From assembly GCA_038087875.1 (NCBI GenBank), contig CM075990.1, forward strand, positions 13,084,001 through 13,148,000: 64,000 nucleotides of DNA. Direction: 5' to 3'. This DNA comes from Malacoraja senta (Eukaryota). A program made the translations under genes and the position numbers. Numbering within the stretch: the stretch's first letter is position 1; each line of letters opens with the position of its first letter. A model generated the notes under the pieces. The model made no database searches and was not told the DNA's origin. It saw nothing but the letters and a program-made list of their open reading frames with translations. Shown here piece by piece: positions 10,684 through 22,579 of the stretch.

Positions 10684-11939
10684 AGCTGGAGTAACTCAGC
10701 AGGACAGGCAGCATCTCTGGAGAGAAGGAATGGGTGACGTTTCGGGTCGGGACCCTTCTTTGGGCGGGTGTTGAAAAGATAATTATTGTCACATATAAAT
10801 GCCACCACCAGTCTCACCTCAATCATGTTCACAATTCTAAGAGTTAGTAGTTTTTGCATTGTGCCGTGAACTTTGTATCAGAACAGCGCAGCATGGTGGT
10901 GCAGCTAGTAGACCCACTGCCTCACAGTTCTAGTGACCCAACTTACAGATGCTGTCTGAGTGGAGTTTAAACATTATATCTGTGACTACTCGGATGTCCC
11001 CAAAGCACTCTCATTTCCTTCCATTCCTCGTTGGTCGGTTAATTGACCGATGTAAGTTGTTCCTAGTGTAGATAAAGAAATGGTAGAATCTGTGGTGTTG
11101 ATGGGAATGAGTTAGGTTAGAATTAGTGTAAAAATGGGTGCTTGATGTTGGTCATTAACTCAATGAGCGGAAGAGCCTGTTTGTATCCCCCCCCCCCAAT
11201 GATTCTAGAATACTGAAAACATCTTTAATCAGCCTCATGAGACACAAGAGAATGAAGATGCTGGAATCTTGAGTAAAATATAAAACCGCTGGAGGAATTC
11301 AGCAGATCAGGCAGCATCAATGACCTGAAATGAACAAACCATGTTTCAGGTGGGGACCCTTCTTCACAGTCTGACGGATGGTCCCAACCCAAAGCACTGG
11401 CTGTCCATTTCTTTCAGCTGCTGACCCACTGAGTTCCTCCAGTACTTCCTTTTGCCCTTGAATTAACCACACAGAGGGCATTGTACTAAGGCACCTACAA
11501 TGTGTTCAGCACAAGAGCAATAAACGATGCACCCTAAACTATTTAGCTTTTTTTCTCTCTTACTGTACAGCCCAGAAAAGCATATTAGTACCCAGAATAA
11601 CATCAGGATGGCATTAAGAACCCTCTAGGTTTTATGATTAGAGTGCCTGTCTCATGTTAAAGTTAAAACCTAAACCACATAACTAATCGGCTGCAGACCT
11701 TCGACCCTCAAGGCAAGAAGGTGATGAAAGTATCAGTGAATGGGATATAAACATTTGTGTATCTGAAGATTGACATAAGTCCAGAATAAAGTGATACTTG
11801 TCAGGCATGTGATTTGGAGGGGGGTTCTTTTTCTTTTCAAGTTTAAAGTGTATTAACTCTTCAACTCCGGCCTACAATGTTCACCAGCCCTTTACCCCGT
11901 AATTACACTTGAGACACTATCTGGATGGGGGAGCTTGTT

Positions 11940-12400
11940 GTCAGGGGTGGCGAGGTGCATCTCGAGAGTTGTAGTTCTCATGGCCGCCCGACAACAAGAC
12001 GCGATACACAGCCGGACTACAACTCCCACAAACCACCTGGGCCCCGGCACATGCGCACTGGCGAGCGGCTTGCTAGACAGGCCGCATTTTATCCCAGCTC
12101 TCGCGTAGTGCCGCCACTCTCACCTTTAACTCTGTCCGTCGGGTATAACTTCTGGGCCTTCCGCAAGTATTTGAGCGCCTCCTCCCTGTTGCCGTGTTTC
12201 AGCGCGTTCAAACCGATCTCCGTGCAGCGTTCCGCCTCATCTCGGTTCCCTTCCATCCCGGGCTTTGGGCTGAACGGTCACTGCCGGCGTGCTCGGCGCA
12301 CTCGCACTCGCCGCCGGAAAGACCCGAGCGCCTTCGGCACCTGGTTCGGCTCTGTCACTGACAGCGACGGAAACAGCCGAGTCCCTTCGGGATGGGGTCA
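11940..12400 (-). promoter_or_regulatory. DNAJB12: CpG-rich promoter / exon 1 region of DNAJB12
   Basis: Sharp local GC/CpG enrichment around the first coding exon; two ACTACAnnTCYC motifs, NRF1-like CATGCGCA, TCTCGCG and CCGGAA motifs. Confidence 0.8.
12124..12256 (-). CDS. DNAJB12: DnaJ (Hsp40) subfamily B member 12, first coding exon (133 nt)
   Basis: [44 protein letters not shown] plus 1 nt, then GTGAG donor. Matches the DNAJB12/14 N-terminus; adjacency to MICU1 on the same strand favours DNAJB12. Confidence 0.88.
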
Positions 12401-12402
12401 TG

Positions 12403-12500
12403 AATCAAGAGTGTTGTATTGTCATATGTCCCAGATAGAACAATGAAACTCTTACTTGCAGCAGCACAACAGGATATGTAAACATAGTACACTGTGAACA
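12403..12500 (-). mobile_element. Rex1/Babar-like LINE 3' terminus that seeds the minisatellite
   Basis: TCAAGAGTG..TATTGTCATATGTCCCAGATAGAACAATGAAA nearly identical to 47093-47190 and related to the tail at 44972-45060. Confidence 0.65.
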
Positions 12501-12597
12501 CAATAGTGAACGAGAAAAAAAGTTCAGTGTGTGTATATATATATATATATCCACACACACACACATACACAATAGTGAACGAGAAAAAAAGTTCAGT

Positions 12598-12634
<37 letters not shown>

Positions 12635-12829
12635 CCCACACACACACACATACACAATAGTGAACGAGAAAAAAAGTTCAGTGTGTGTATATATATATAT
12701 ATCCACACACACACACACACATACACAATAGTGAACGAGAAAAAAAAAGTTCAGTGTATGTGTATATATATATATATACCCACACACACATACACAATAG
12801 TGAACGAGAAAAAAAGTTCAGTGTATGTG

Positions 12830-12873
<44 letters not shown>

Positions 12874-12917
12874 CACACACACACACATACACAATAGTGA
12901 ACGAGAAAAAAAGTTCA

Positions 12918-12961
<44 letters not shown>

Positions 12962-13075
12962 CCACACACACACATACACAATAGTGAACGAGAAAAAAAG
13001 TTCAGTGTGTGTATATATATATATATATCCACACACACACACATACACAATAGTGAACGAGAAAAAAAGTTCAGT

Positions 13076-13112
<37 letters not shown>

Positions 13113-13311
13113 CCCACACACACACACATACACAATAGTGAACGAGAAAAAAAGTTCAGTGTGTGTATATATATATATATCCACACACACACACACACAT
13201 ACACAATAGTGAACGAGAAAAAAAAAGTTCAGTGTATGTGTATATATATATATATATATACCCACACACACATACACAATAGTGAACGAGAAAAAAAGTT
13301 CAGTGTATGTG

Positions 13312-13367
<56 letters not shown>

Positions 13368-13411
13368 CACACACACACACATACACAATAGTGAACGAGA
13401 AAAAAAGTTCA

Positions 13412-13473
<62 letters not shown>

Positions 13474-13518
13474 CCACACACACACATACACAATAGTGAA
13501 CGAGAAAAAAAGTTCAGT

Positions 13519-13563
<45 letters not shown>

Positions 13564-13605
13564 CACATACACATTAGTGAACGAGAAAAAAAGTTCAGTG
13601 TATGC

Positions 13606-13682
<77 letters not shown>

Positions 13683-13700
13683 CACACACACACACATACC
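12501..13700. repeat. Compound minisatellite, 14 units of CAATAGTGAACGAG(A)7-9GTTCAGTG-(TG/TA)n-(CA)n
   Basis: Unit starts 12501, 12570, 12655, 12726, 12795, 12892, 12979, 13048, 13133, 13204, 13277, 13386, 13491, 13572. Confidence 0.95.
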
Positions 13701-13706
13701 CACTGA

Positions 13707-13884
13707 GTGTTTAAGTAGGAACTACAGATGCTGGAAAATCGAAGGTAGACAAAAATGCTGGAGAAATTCAGCGGGTGAGGCAGCTTCTATGGAGTCTAAA
13801 AAATAGTTTCGACCCGAAACGTTGCTTATTTCCTTCGCTCCATAGATGCTGCCTCACCCGCTGAGATTCTCCAGCATTTTTGTC
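13707..13884. mobile_element. Palindromic PLE element (subfamily B)
   Basis: Inverted arms, flanked by CACATAC(C/A)CACTGA (13693-13706, 13885-13898). Confidence 0.75.
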
Positions 13885-13957
13885 CACATACACACTGACA
13901 TTTTTTAATATAACTGAACTACTATCTACCTCTTTGATGACCCTCGGATAATCCTTA

Positions 13958-14250
13958 CTTCAGTTTAGAGATACAGTGTAGAGCCTTCGGCCCACCGAGT
14001 CCGCATCGACAAGCGATCCCCGCATATTAACACTATCCTACTCACACTAGGGACAAATTACATTTACACCAAGTCAATTAACCTGTACGTCTTTGGAGTG
14101 TGGGAGGAAACCGAAGATACCGGAGAAAACCCATGCGGTCACGGGGAGAAAAACTCCGTACAGACAGCACCAGTAGTCAGGATCGAACCTGGGTCCCTGG
14201 TGCTGCAAGCACTGTAAGCTAGCAACTCTACCGCTGCGCCACCATGCCAC
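13958..14250 (-). mobile_element. V-SINE (HE1-like)
   Basis: Reverse complement of the V-SINE consensus seen at 33094. Confidence 0.85.
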
Positions 14251-14734
14251 ACAACATTTACCCTGCACTAAACATTATTCCCTTATTATTTATCTAGGGC
14301 ATGATAGATGATAGGCCCTCTATCGTCTATAGAGGGTCGAAGGGCCTGTTTTTGTGCTATACTCTTTCATGTTCTATATCTCATTCAAAGGGCCAGCACT
14401 GACATGGTGAAGTGCTCCATCTCTCTCTCAGTCTCTGGGTAATGATTTACCCAGCTCCTGAAGAAGGATCCCAACCCTTTGTTGCAAATCTGTGACCTCC
14501 AAAGAAGCTGCCTGACCTGCTGAGTTACTCCAGCACCTGTGTCCTTTGCTCAAGATCCCAGCATCTACAGTTCCTTCTGCCTACCCAGTTCCCTTTTTAG
14601 GTCCATGATTTATTTCACCAATGTTCCTGGATATTGAGTTGTACGGTTTAGCTCTTTATTTAATGATTGGCGCCTTCCAATCCCGTTAAATGATTTGCCG
14701 GTTAGCTCTTTGGGTTAATGAATTTCCCCCTTCC

Positions 14735-15250
14735 AGTTCTTTTATTTTTATCAAATTTTTTTTAAATAAAAAATAAAAAGCAAGTATGAAACAGCATACA
14801 AAAAAAAATATATATATATTTATAAAGTGTCATAAACAATATTTATAAATAAATGAATCGTATGTCTGAAAAGGAGCAGGAAGAAGCCAAAGCTTATTAA
14901 TTCCCACCCCTTATTCAACTGCTTGTAATTACCTTATACAAATTTAGCAGCTATAAACACCTATTTCCATATGTACACCAAAGTATTTACATTTATACAC
15001 TAATCAAATATTTACAAAGCCGTACAAAAAAAAGAAAAAAAAGTAAAAAAAGAAAAAGAAAAAGAAAAAACCTTCATGTACTATACGGTATCCCTTAGTC
15101 ATACAACCCATCACCCTATAATCACCCTTCCCAATACAATCAGTATAACAAATATCCCACTCAAAATCACCTATCCTCATCCAAATATCCTTTAAAAAAA
15201 GTGTGTTTGTACATCTTTTTAAACTGAATTATGTTTGTGCTAAGTTTTAC
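14735..15250 (-). mobile_element. L2/Crack-like LINE 3' fragment
   Basis: Minus strand: ORF end KLSTNIIQFKKMYKHTFFKGYLDEDR*, AT-rich 3'UTR with AATAAGCTTTGGCTTCTTCCTGCTCC stem-loop, A-rich tail. Confidence 0.5.
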
Positions 15251-15261
15251 CTTCCGTCTCT

Positions 15262-15547
15262 ATCTCAAGAAGAAGACGTCAGCGGTGAAACAGTTGGAGG
15301 ATATGACTGGTCTACGGGTGAAGTAATGACTAAGAAGGTGGGAGAAGGCTGCAGTAGGAAGAGATTCCCAACATGGTGCAATCCATGCTGTTGGATCCAG
15401 GTCCGTCTCTGTCAAGGAGCGTGGGGTGACTGTCTGTGCACCAGTCTCCCCATGTGAAAATACACCATGCACAGTTTCCATCCACCTGGTGGGAAGGGCC
15501 CACTGGGAGGACATTCATACTCAACTTGAGTGATCGTCGATGATGAT
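15262..15547 (+). mobile_element. Short interspersed element with (GAT)n tail, possibly RTE-associated
   Basis: Homologous to the reverse complement of 19087-19340 (CTGTCTGTGCACCAGTCTCCCCATGT core); both end GAGTGA.CG.CGATGATGAT. Confidence 0.5.
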
Positions 15548-16204
15548 TTGTTCAGTAATTTGTCTTCCTCCCGCTCTTTGTTAAGATTTGTCCAGCTTAC
15601 TTTTTGAATAATGATTTCACAATGAAATGGGCCATTGATTATAGAACAACATAGTGGCAGAATTACTCACTGATGACCTTTTAATTGGGCTGTTTTCCTT
15701 TGAACTTCACTGGTTTCTGTGTTAATCTGCTGATTACTTTGCATTAATGCTTTTCTGTTCTTTGGCACATTTGCTGCCAAGCATTTCAATAGACGTTGAA
15801 AAGAAGGCATGAGAAAACAAGGGACGCATGGCAATTATAAACCAGTATCAGCTCCTGGGCCCTCACTTGGAAAGGATTCATTAAAATGGAGAATTAAGAG
15901 TGCCACAAACTGCAGAGAAGCAAATCACCAGGTTATCTATCGCTTGTTGGTCAGCAGATCTGTAGTCATATTTTCAAAGTAGATGTAGAGCCTGACTGAT
16001 CTCAGTAGGAAAGTGGAATCCAGGTGAACTCAGGTACATCAGCTTACACCTTTTACCTCCACAGATGCTGCTTGATCCGTTGAGTTCTTCCATTGTTCTG
16101 TTCTAATGTCTCAGGTTACAGAATCTATGTTTTCTTTGGAGGATAGATTTTGTCCATCAGGAGATATTTATGCTGGCTGCTAAAATCATCCCTTTTGTGA
16201 GCAT

Positions 16205-16357
16205 GTAGACAAAAGTGCTGGAGAAACTCAGTGGGTGCAGCAGCATCTACGGAGCGAAGGAAATAGGCAACGTTTCGGATGCTGCTGCACCCGCTGAGTT
16301 TCTCCAGCACTTTTGTCTACCTTCGATTTTCCAGCATCTGCAGTTCCTTCTTAAACA
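16205..16357. mobile_element. Palindromic PLE element (subfamily B)
   Basis: Near-perfect inverted arms; 14-bp TSD CCTTTTGTGAGCAT (16191-16204, 16358-16371). Confidence 0.8.
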
Positions 16358-17144
16358 CCTTTTGTGAGCATCCTCAGGATGAAGAAATTCTGTGCACTTC
16401 TGAGAAACATGGCATTCACTATTGGGAATTCATTATGATCCATAATGAATGGTGGACCAAAAACATTGCTCTATCGATGGGAGCCCCTGCCAATAGTTCT
16501 CCAACCTGAAAACATTATTAGTTTCTCTTTTCGCAGATGCTGCCCGACTTTCCAACATTTTCTGCTTTTACTGCACAACCAACCTTGTAATGACCTCCAT
16601 GTTTGATGCTGGAAGTCCTTGGTCCGATTTTGTGATTGGTGTGATTGCACCTGGGTAAAATTAGTCCTGGATAACATCGTACCCAAAAGACAAGCAACAC
16701 ATGATTCAATAGATTTCATGTTACCCCAGAATAATATTTTAATCAAAATAAGGTGTATTTTCTGTTTTGCAATAATAATTAAAAAAGCTCTATTGTGTAC
16801 ACATTCCCGAGAGACCGTGGCAATTCAAATAAACACTGGAAGGAAATAAATAAGACTGGAAAATTAATAGTACAACCTGGATCACCACAGAATGGTAGAT
16901 TGCCATTGACAGCAATGCTGCTCAACATTCAGTAGTTCAGTGCATGTCATCTTATAACATTCTTATTTTAACTAGGACTCGGTGCGGAATGAGGCCATGT
17001 CCCAATACTCTAATAAAACAGCATGTGAATTGGAGGATTTGCATTGTAAGGTGGTCACTGTGTCAAATAATAGAACCCTTCAGGATCTGAGATGTTCACA
17101 GCTAACGTGGGCATCGCAGTGATGGAGGAACAGCAACGGAGGTT

Positions 17145-17460
17145 TTACCCAGGGCAAGGGAATCAAGAACCAGAGGACATAGGCTTAAGGTGAGAGGGGC
17201 AAGGTGCAATTGGAAACTGTGAGGCCACTTTTTTTAATTCACAGGGTGATGTGTTTGGAACGAGCCGCTAGAGGAGATAGTTGAGGCAGATACTATAATA
17301 GCATTTAAAAGACACTGGATAGGTACATGGATAGGAAAGATTTAGTGGGATATGGACTAAATGTAGGTAAATACGACCAGCTCTAGATCAGATGGGGCAT
17401 CTTGATCGGCATGGGCAAGTTGGGCCGAAGGGCCTGTTTCCCTGCTGTGCGACTCTATAA
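17145..17460 (+). mobile_element. CR1-type LINE 3' fragment
   Basis: RT C-terminal remnant (ESRTRGHRLKVRG) and 3'UTR GGGCCGAAGGGCCTGTTTC. Confidence 0.75.
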
Positions 17461-17951
17461 TTCCTGCCCTATAATACCTCCTAACATCCACAGCATAGAA
17501 GCTTTAATTGACCAGTCAGGGTATCGCCATGCTGATACTTGCCTGTCCAAATTCCTGGATTGCAACAGTGACTGCATTTCATAAATAGAGTTGAGCCAAA
17601 TTGGTATTTTTATAATCCACCAGCAATGGTCTGATTAACTTAGGCTGCCAATCTGTGACACAGTTCACTTTGGACCTTAAATAATCTCCTCTGAAATAGC
17701 GCAGAAGTTCGTGTAAGATTGTGACCAGATTGAAACAAAGGCAGTCTATACAAATGGGCAGTAACTACATCTGTACTGGCAGAGTAAGTAAGTGCCTGCT
17801 CCTAATAATATGCTGATCGGTTGAACATCCTGGAGTAACAACGACTTATTGACTCTGAATGAAGAGACTGTTCTAACTAATGTTGTGTGCAACAATTCAT
17901 AACATTTCACTCTAGAGGGAGCTCTTGTAAATATAATCAAAAATAAAGATG

Positions 17952-18278
17952 TTTTAGTTTAGAGATACAATGTGGAAACAGGCCCTTTGACCCATCTCTT
18001 GCACAATGACCATCAATCACTCATTCACACTGGTGCTATGCTATCCCACTTATGCATCCAGTCCCTACACACTATTTACTACACAATTTACAGCAGCCAA
18101 TTAATCTACAAACCCGCACATTTTTGGGATGTGGGAGGAAACCAGATCACCCAGAGGAAACCCATGTGGTCACTGGGAGAACGTGCAAACTCCACACAGA
18201 TAGTGTCCAATGTCAGAATTGAACCCGGGTCTCTAGCACTGTGAGGCAGCAGCTCTACCAGCTGTGCCACTATGTTGC
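17952..18278 (-). mobile_element. V-SINE (HE1-like)
   Basis: Reverse complement V-domain GTGGGAGGAAACC.. and TTTAG tail. Confidence 0.8.
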
Positions 18279-18345
18279 TATATTAGATTCAAGAGAAGAG
18301 GGGGTTCTCTTGAATAAAGAGCAGTGAAAAAATTGGGAATATGTA

Positions 18346-18978
18346 AACATAGAAAATAGGTGCAGGAGTAGGCCATTCGGCCCTTCGAGCCTGCACCGCC
18401 ATTCAATATGATCATGGCTGATCATCCAACTCAGTATCCTGTACCTGCCTTCTCTCCATACCCCCTGATCCCTTTAGCCACAAGGGCCACATCTAACTCC
18501 CTCTTAAATATAGCCAATGAACTGGCCTCAACTACCTTATGTGGCTGAGAATTCCAGAAATTCACCACTCTCTGTGTGAAAAATGTTTTTCTCATCTAGG
18601 TCCTAAAAGATTTCTCCCTTATCCTTAAACTGTGACCCCTTGTTCTGGACTTCCCCAACATCAGGAACAATCTTCCTGCTTCTAGTCTGTCCAACCCCTT
18701 AAGAATTTTGTAAGTTTCTATAAGATCCCCCTCAATCTTCTAAATTCTAGCGAGTACAAGCCGAGTCTATCCAGTCTTTCTTCATATGAAAGTCCTGACA
18801 TCCCAGGAATCAGTCTGGTGAACCTTGTCTGTACTCCCTCTATGGCAAGAATGTCTTTCCTCAGATTTGGAGACCAAAACTGTACGCAATACTCCAGGTG
18901 TGGTCTCACCAAGACCCTGTACAACTGCAGTAGAACCTCCCTGCTCCTATACTCAAATCCTTTTGCTATGAATGCTAA
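18346..18978 (-). mobile_element. CR1 LINE 3' fragment
   Basis: ORF 18718-18999: [32 protein letters not shown]; (TTCTATGT)-type tail. Confidence 0.9.
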
Positions 18979-19086
18979 AGAATATGTAAAGAAAGACAAG
19001 AGTGAGACCAGTCTTTCACAGGTATATCATGTCTTGGGTGGGAAAACAGACGTGTGTTCAATATTCCAGATGTATATAATTCTGTA

Positions 19087-19340
19087 TCATCATCGGCGGT
19101 CACTCGAAACGAGTAAGACTGTCCTCCATGGAGGACGCCTGTGCGTGACTTTGTTTAACATGGGGAGACTGGTGCACAGACAGCCACCACACCGCCCTTG
19201 ACAGATCTGGGTCAGGATCCAGTGGCATGGAATCCAAGACGACCGGGGACCCTTTTCTGCTGCAGCCTTCATCCGCCTACCCAGCCGTTGTGACGCTCCA
19301 CTAAAGTCAGCCATCATCCTCCACCTGTTCCACTGTTGAG
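19087..19340 (-). mobile_element. Second copy of the (GAT)n-tailed short element
   Basis: Homologous to 15262-15547. Confidence 0.5.
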
Positions 19341-19806
19341 GTCTTGGTATAATAGCTGTAACCAATCTTTAATCTTACATTGAAATCCGGTTGTAGTTCC
19401 AGAGGCAACATACCATTTGCGATCCTTGTTGCCTGCAGTACCTATACAATAACTTTCAGTAGTTTTTATACAAAAACAACAGTCTCTGAGCATCAAATCT
19501 TACCATTTAAAATTACTCTGCTTTTCTGTTTTTCTCTATCAAACTGATTAATTTTGCACTTTTCCTAGATATGTTCCATCTGCTATGATATTACCTGTTG
19601 ACATCATAATATCTGTTATATTATGATACGTTTTGTCTACAACCTGCTGAAGCTTTCTCCATCTTCCTCACAGAATATTCTGTCTGAAGATGGGTCTCAA
19701 CCCGAAATGTCACCCATTCCTTCTCTCCAGAGATGCTGCCTGTCCAGCTGAGGTACTCCAGCTTTTTGTGTCTATCTTTGGTTTAAACCAGCATCTGCAG
19801 TTCCTT

Positions 19807-19973
19807 TCTAGGGGTCAAGGAAAGAGCGTTCACGTCGCGGCCCTGTTTCCACCAATCTTTCCACCACCACGCACAAGAAGCACAAGACAGACACCACTGT
19901 ATGCAGATGCCGAGACGTGTGTTCAGCTCTGGCTGAACAACTTCTATTCTTGTGTGTGGACTCAATAAGATGA
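19807..19973 (+). mobile_element. 167-bp insertion (probable 5'-truncated non-LTR retroelement of unknown clade) inside a PLE end
   Basis: Flanked by AGTTCCTT (19799-19806, 19974-19981); ends AATAAGATGA. Confidence 0.5.
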
Positions 19974-21085
19974 AGTTCCTTCCTACACATTCTGTCACCT
20001 TTCTTTATTTCAGCATTAAACTTGATTATGTTACACATGGTCCAGGCCATTAATTTAGATTCTGAACAGAGTCAAGTGTGTTTAATTGTCATACTCAATA
20101 GGAAAGGAACAATTAAATCCTTACTTGCTGCAATTCTACAAGCTCATATATGCAGCAGCACTATAACACCACAAATAAATATACAATATTCAACGATACA
20201 ATAAATTATAAGTCACACTGGGAAACCAGACCATAATTCTACAAAGTGAAGTAAGTAATGCAACTTACACAAAGTCCATGTAGATCACTGTGTAGGAAGG
20301 AATTGCAGATGTTGGTTTAAACTGAAGATAGACACAAAAAGCTGGAGTAACTCAGCGGGACAGGCAGCACCTCTGGAGAAAAGGAATAGGTGTCGTTTCG
20401 GGTCGAGTCCCTCCTTCTTCAAACTAATGACATCAATGGCCGACAGTTTAACCATCATTATCGTTATAAAATGAAGGCTACATGTACTTTTAGAGTTAGA
20501 CAGACTGACTCACTGCATCCGAATTAAGATCTCTTGACTATGATACTCCACATCAAAACCCAATCAAGACCTCAGGATTGAGTTAAAAACTGTTGCCTCT
20601 CCTATCCATGCTCATAATTCATCCATTAAAGTCTCTTTCTACTAAATTAATGCTGGTGTCAAACCAGAAATGTGCATTAAAATGTGAATTAGAACTGTAT
20701 CACCATAATTTTTCATCGGTAGCCTGTACTGAATTGAGTTTCCTTCCTAACTTTCTGGGTATTTATGTTACCTCTGTAAATTGCCGACAAATGTTTATTC
20801 ATATTAATGCTGGTGTATAAATAAAAAACACAGTTACACAGGAAAAGTAGGCAAGCAAACAATGAGAATACGATGATAAATACACATGCTACTTTTCTGC
20901 AGGGTATAAATTGAGTGGGATAGATGCAAGTGTATGAAGTGAAGATTGTTAACATCCTTATAAGTCCATTTGTCTCCGAGAAGATTTAATAAAGCTAGAA
21001 TGTTTCCGTTGATCAAGTGCTGATGAATTTGATGTTGTCAAACGTTTGAATACAAAGCCCTTTACTTAAGTAAACCATTAAATGA

Positions 21086-21475
21086 GCGGCGTGGTGGTGC
21101 AACGGTAGAGTTGCTGCCTTACAGCGCTTACAGCGCCATAGACCCAAGTTCGATCCCGACTACAGTATGAAGTTTGTATGTTCACCCCGTGACTGCGTGG
21201 GTTTTCTCTGAGATAGACAATAGACAATAGGTGCGGGAGTAGGCCATTCGGGCCTTCGAGCCAGCACCATTCGGCCCTTCGAGCCAGCCAGATCTTCGGT
21301 TTCCTCCCACACTCCAAAGACGCACAGGTTTATAGGCTAATTGGCTTGGTATAAATGTAAATTGTCCCTAGTGTGTGTAGGATAGTGTTAATGTGCGGGG
21401 ATTGCTGGTCGGTGCGGACTCGGTGGGCCGAAGGACCTGTTTCCGGGCTATATCTCTAAACTAAACTAAACTAAA
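21086..21475 (+). mobile_element. V-SINE with nested CR1 3' tip (21215-21289)
   Basis: SINE consensus interrupted by an inverted CR1 tail flanked by AGAT; (CTAAA)n tail. Confidence 0.85.
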
Positions 21476-22579
21476 ATTTATCATTCTTGATAAAACTTGC
21501 CCTGCACATTAAAATTCTCCTTTAAATTTGCATTTTCATCTTAACGCTGTGCCCTCTCATCTTTGACATTTTTATCCTGGGAAAAAAGGTTACGGCTGTC
21601 TATCCTATCTATACCTCTCATAATTTGATATACTTCAATCAGGTTTCCGATACTCCAGTAAAACCCTGAACTGATGCAGCCCCAGGCACAGACAAGACCT
21701 TGGAGAAATATCAGGTAGATGTTCTCACATTTGATCTGGGAATGTCCATCTTTATCAGGATCAGTAGCAGAGGCATAATGAATCGTCCAGTTTGATGAAT
21801 GTCCCATTCATGCTGCTAAATGTCAGGAAAATAACACCCTGGTGCCTATTTTGGACATTTTCTCCTGTTGAATGCAAAGGTATTTTTTGTATTTATTATC
21901 TCCAATGTTCATAAGTTCTAGGAGCAGAATTAAGCCATTCGGCCCATCGTCTACTCCGCCATTCAATCATGGCCGATCTATCTTTCCCTCTCAATCCCAT
22001 TCTCATGCCTTCTCCAATCCCCTCACACTCACCACTAATCTGCTGCTTTTCCACGTCAAGCTACTGTTTAACGAGATGGAGCCCAAGGCTTGAAATAGAG
22101 ATTTCAATGAGTGAAACGCATTTAGTGGATGACAGCTTGGGTGCAAAGGATAGATACCGCAAGGCATTAATAAGATCAGAATAATCTCATCCATCCGGTT
22201 CAATCACATAACAGGGTGACAGAGGAACTTACCCGATCTCTTGCCCCAAACCCCCATCTAATCCACAATTTGACCAGGATTTCATTTGCAACTCTGAGAC
22301 ATTGCATGGCGGGATTTTCATGGGTTGGGATGGGAGACTAGATATATTATGCTGCACAATTTATCACAATATGCACTGCAAGCTAAATGTGTTAAAACAT
22401 CTCCCTCCTGCACACAAGTAAAACAACTGGAAGCAGGGCTTGCTGTAGTGCAGCCAAAAGGTAAAGAAATACTAATGGAGACACAAGGAACTGCAGATGC
22501 TGGTTTATTTAAAAAAAAGACACAACGTGCTGGAGTAACAGCGAGTCAAGCAGCATGGAGAATGCTGTAGGATAGACCT

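Noticed and set aside
1..12123. Search for DNAJB12 exon 2 / J-domain (HPD) exons
   Set aside because: No convincing minus-strand exon found (e.g. the acceptor-like site near 3950 hits stops in all frames); presumed left of the window, though a divergent exon could be missed by eye.
11925..12446. 173-aa plus-strand ORF
   Set aside because: Antisense shadow of the GC-rich DNAJB12 exon 1 and promoter; no recognisable domain or splice support.
12501..13700. CRISPR-like appearance (constant ~30-bp repeat with variable spacers)
   Set aside because: Spacers are only dinucleotide runs, there are no cas genes, and the context is vertebrate.
12355..13806. Many long YI/HT-rich ORFs
   Set aside because: Translations of (TA)n/(CA)n minisatellite, which lacks stops in most frames; not genes.
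20820..21075. Unique-looking stretch resembling a retroelement 3' end
   Set aside because: Could not assign a family, ORF motif or TSD.
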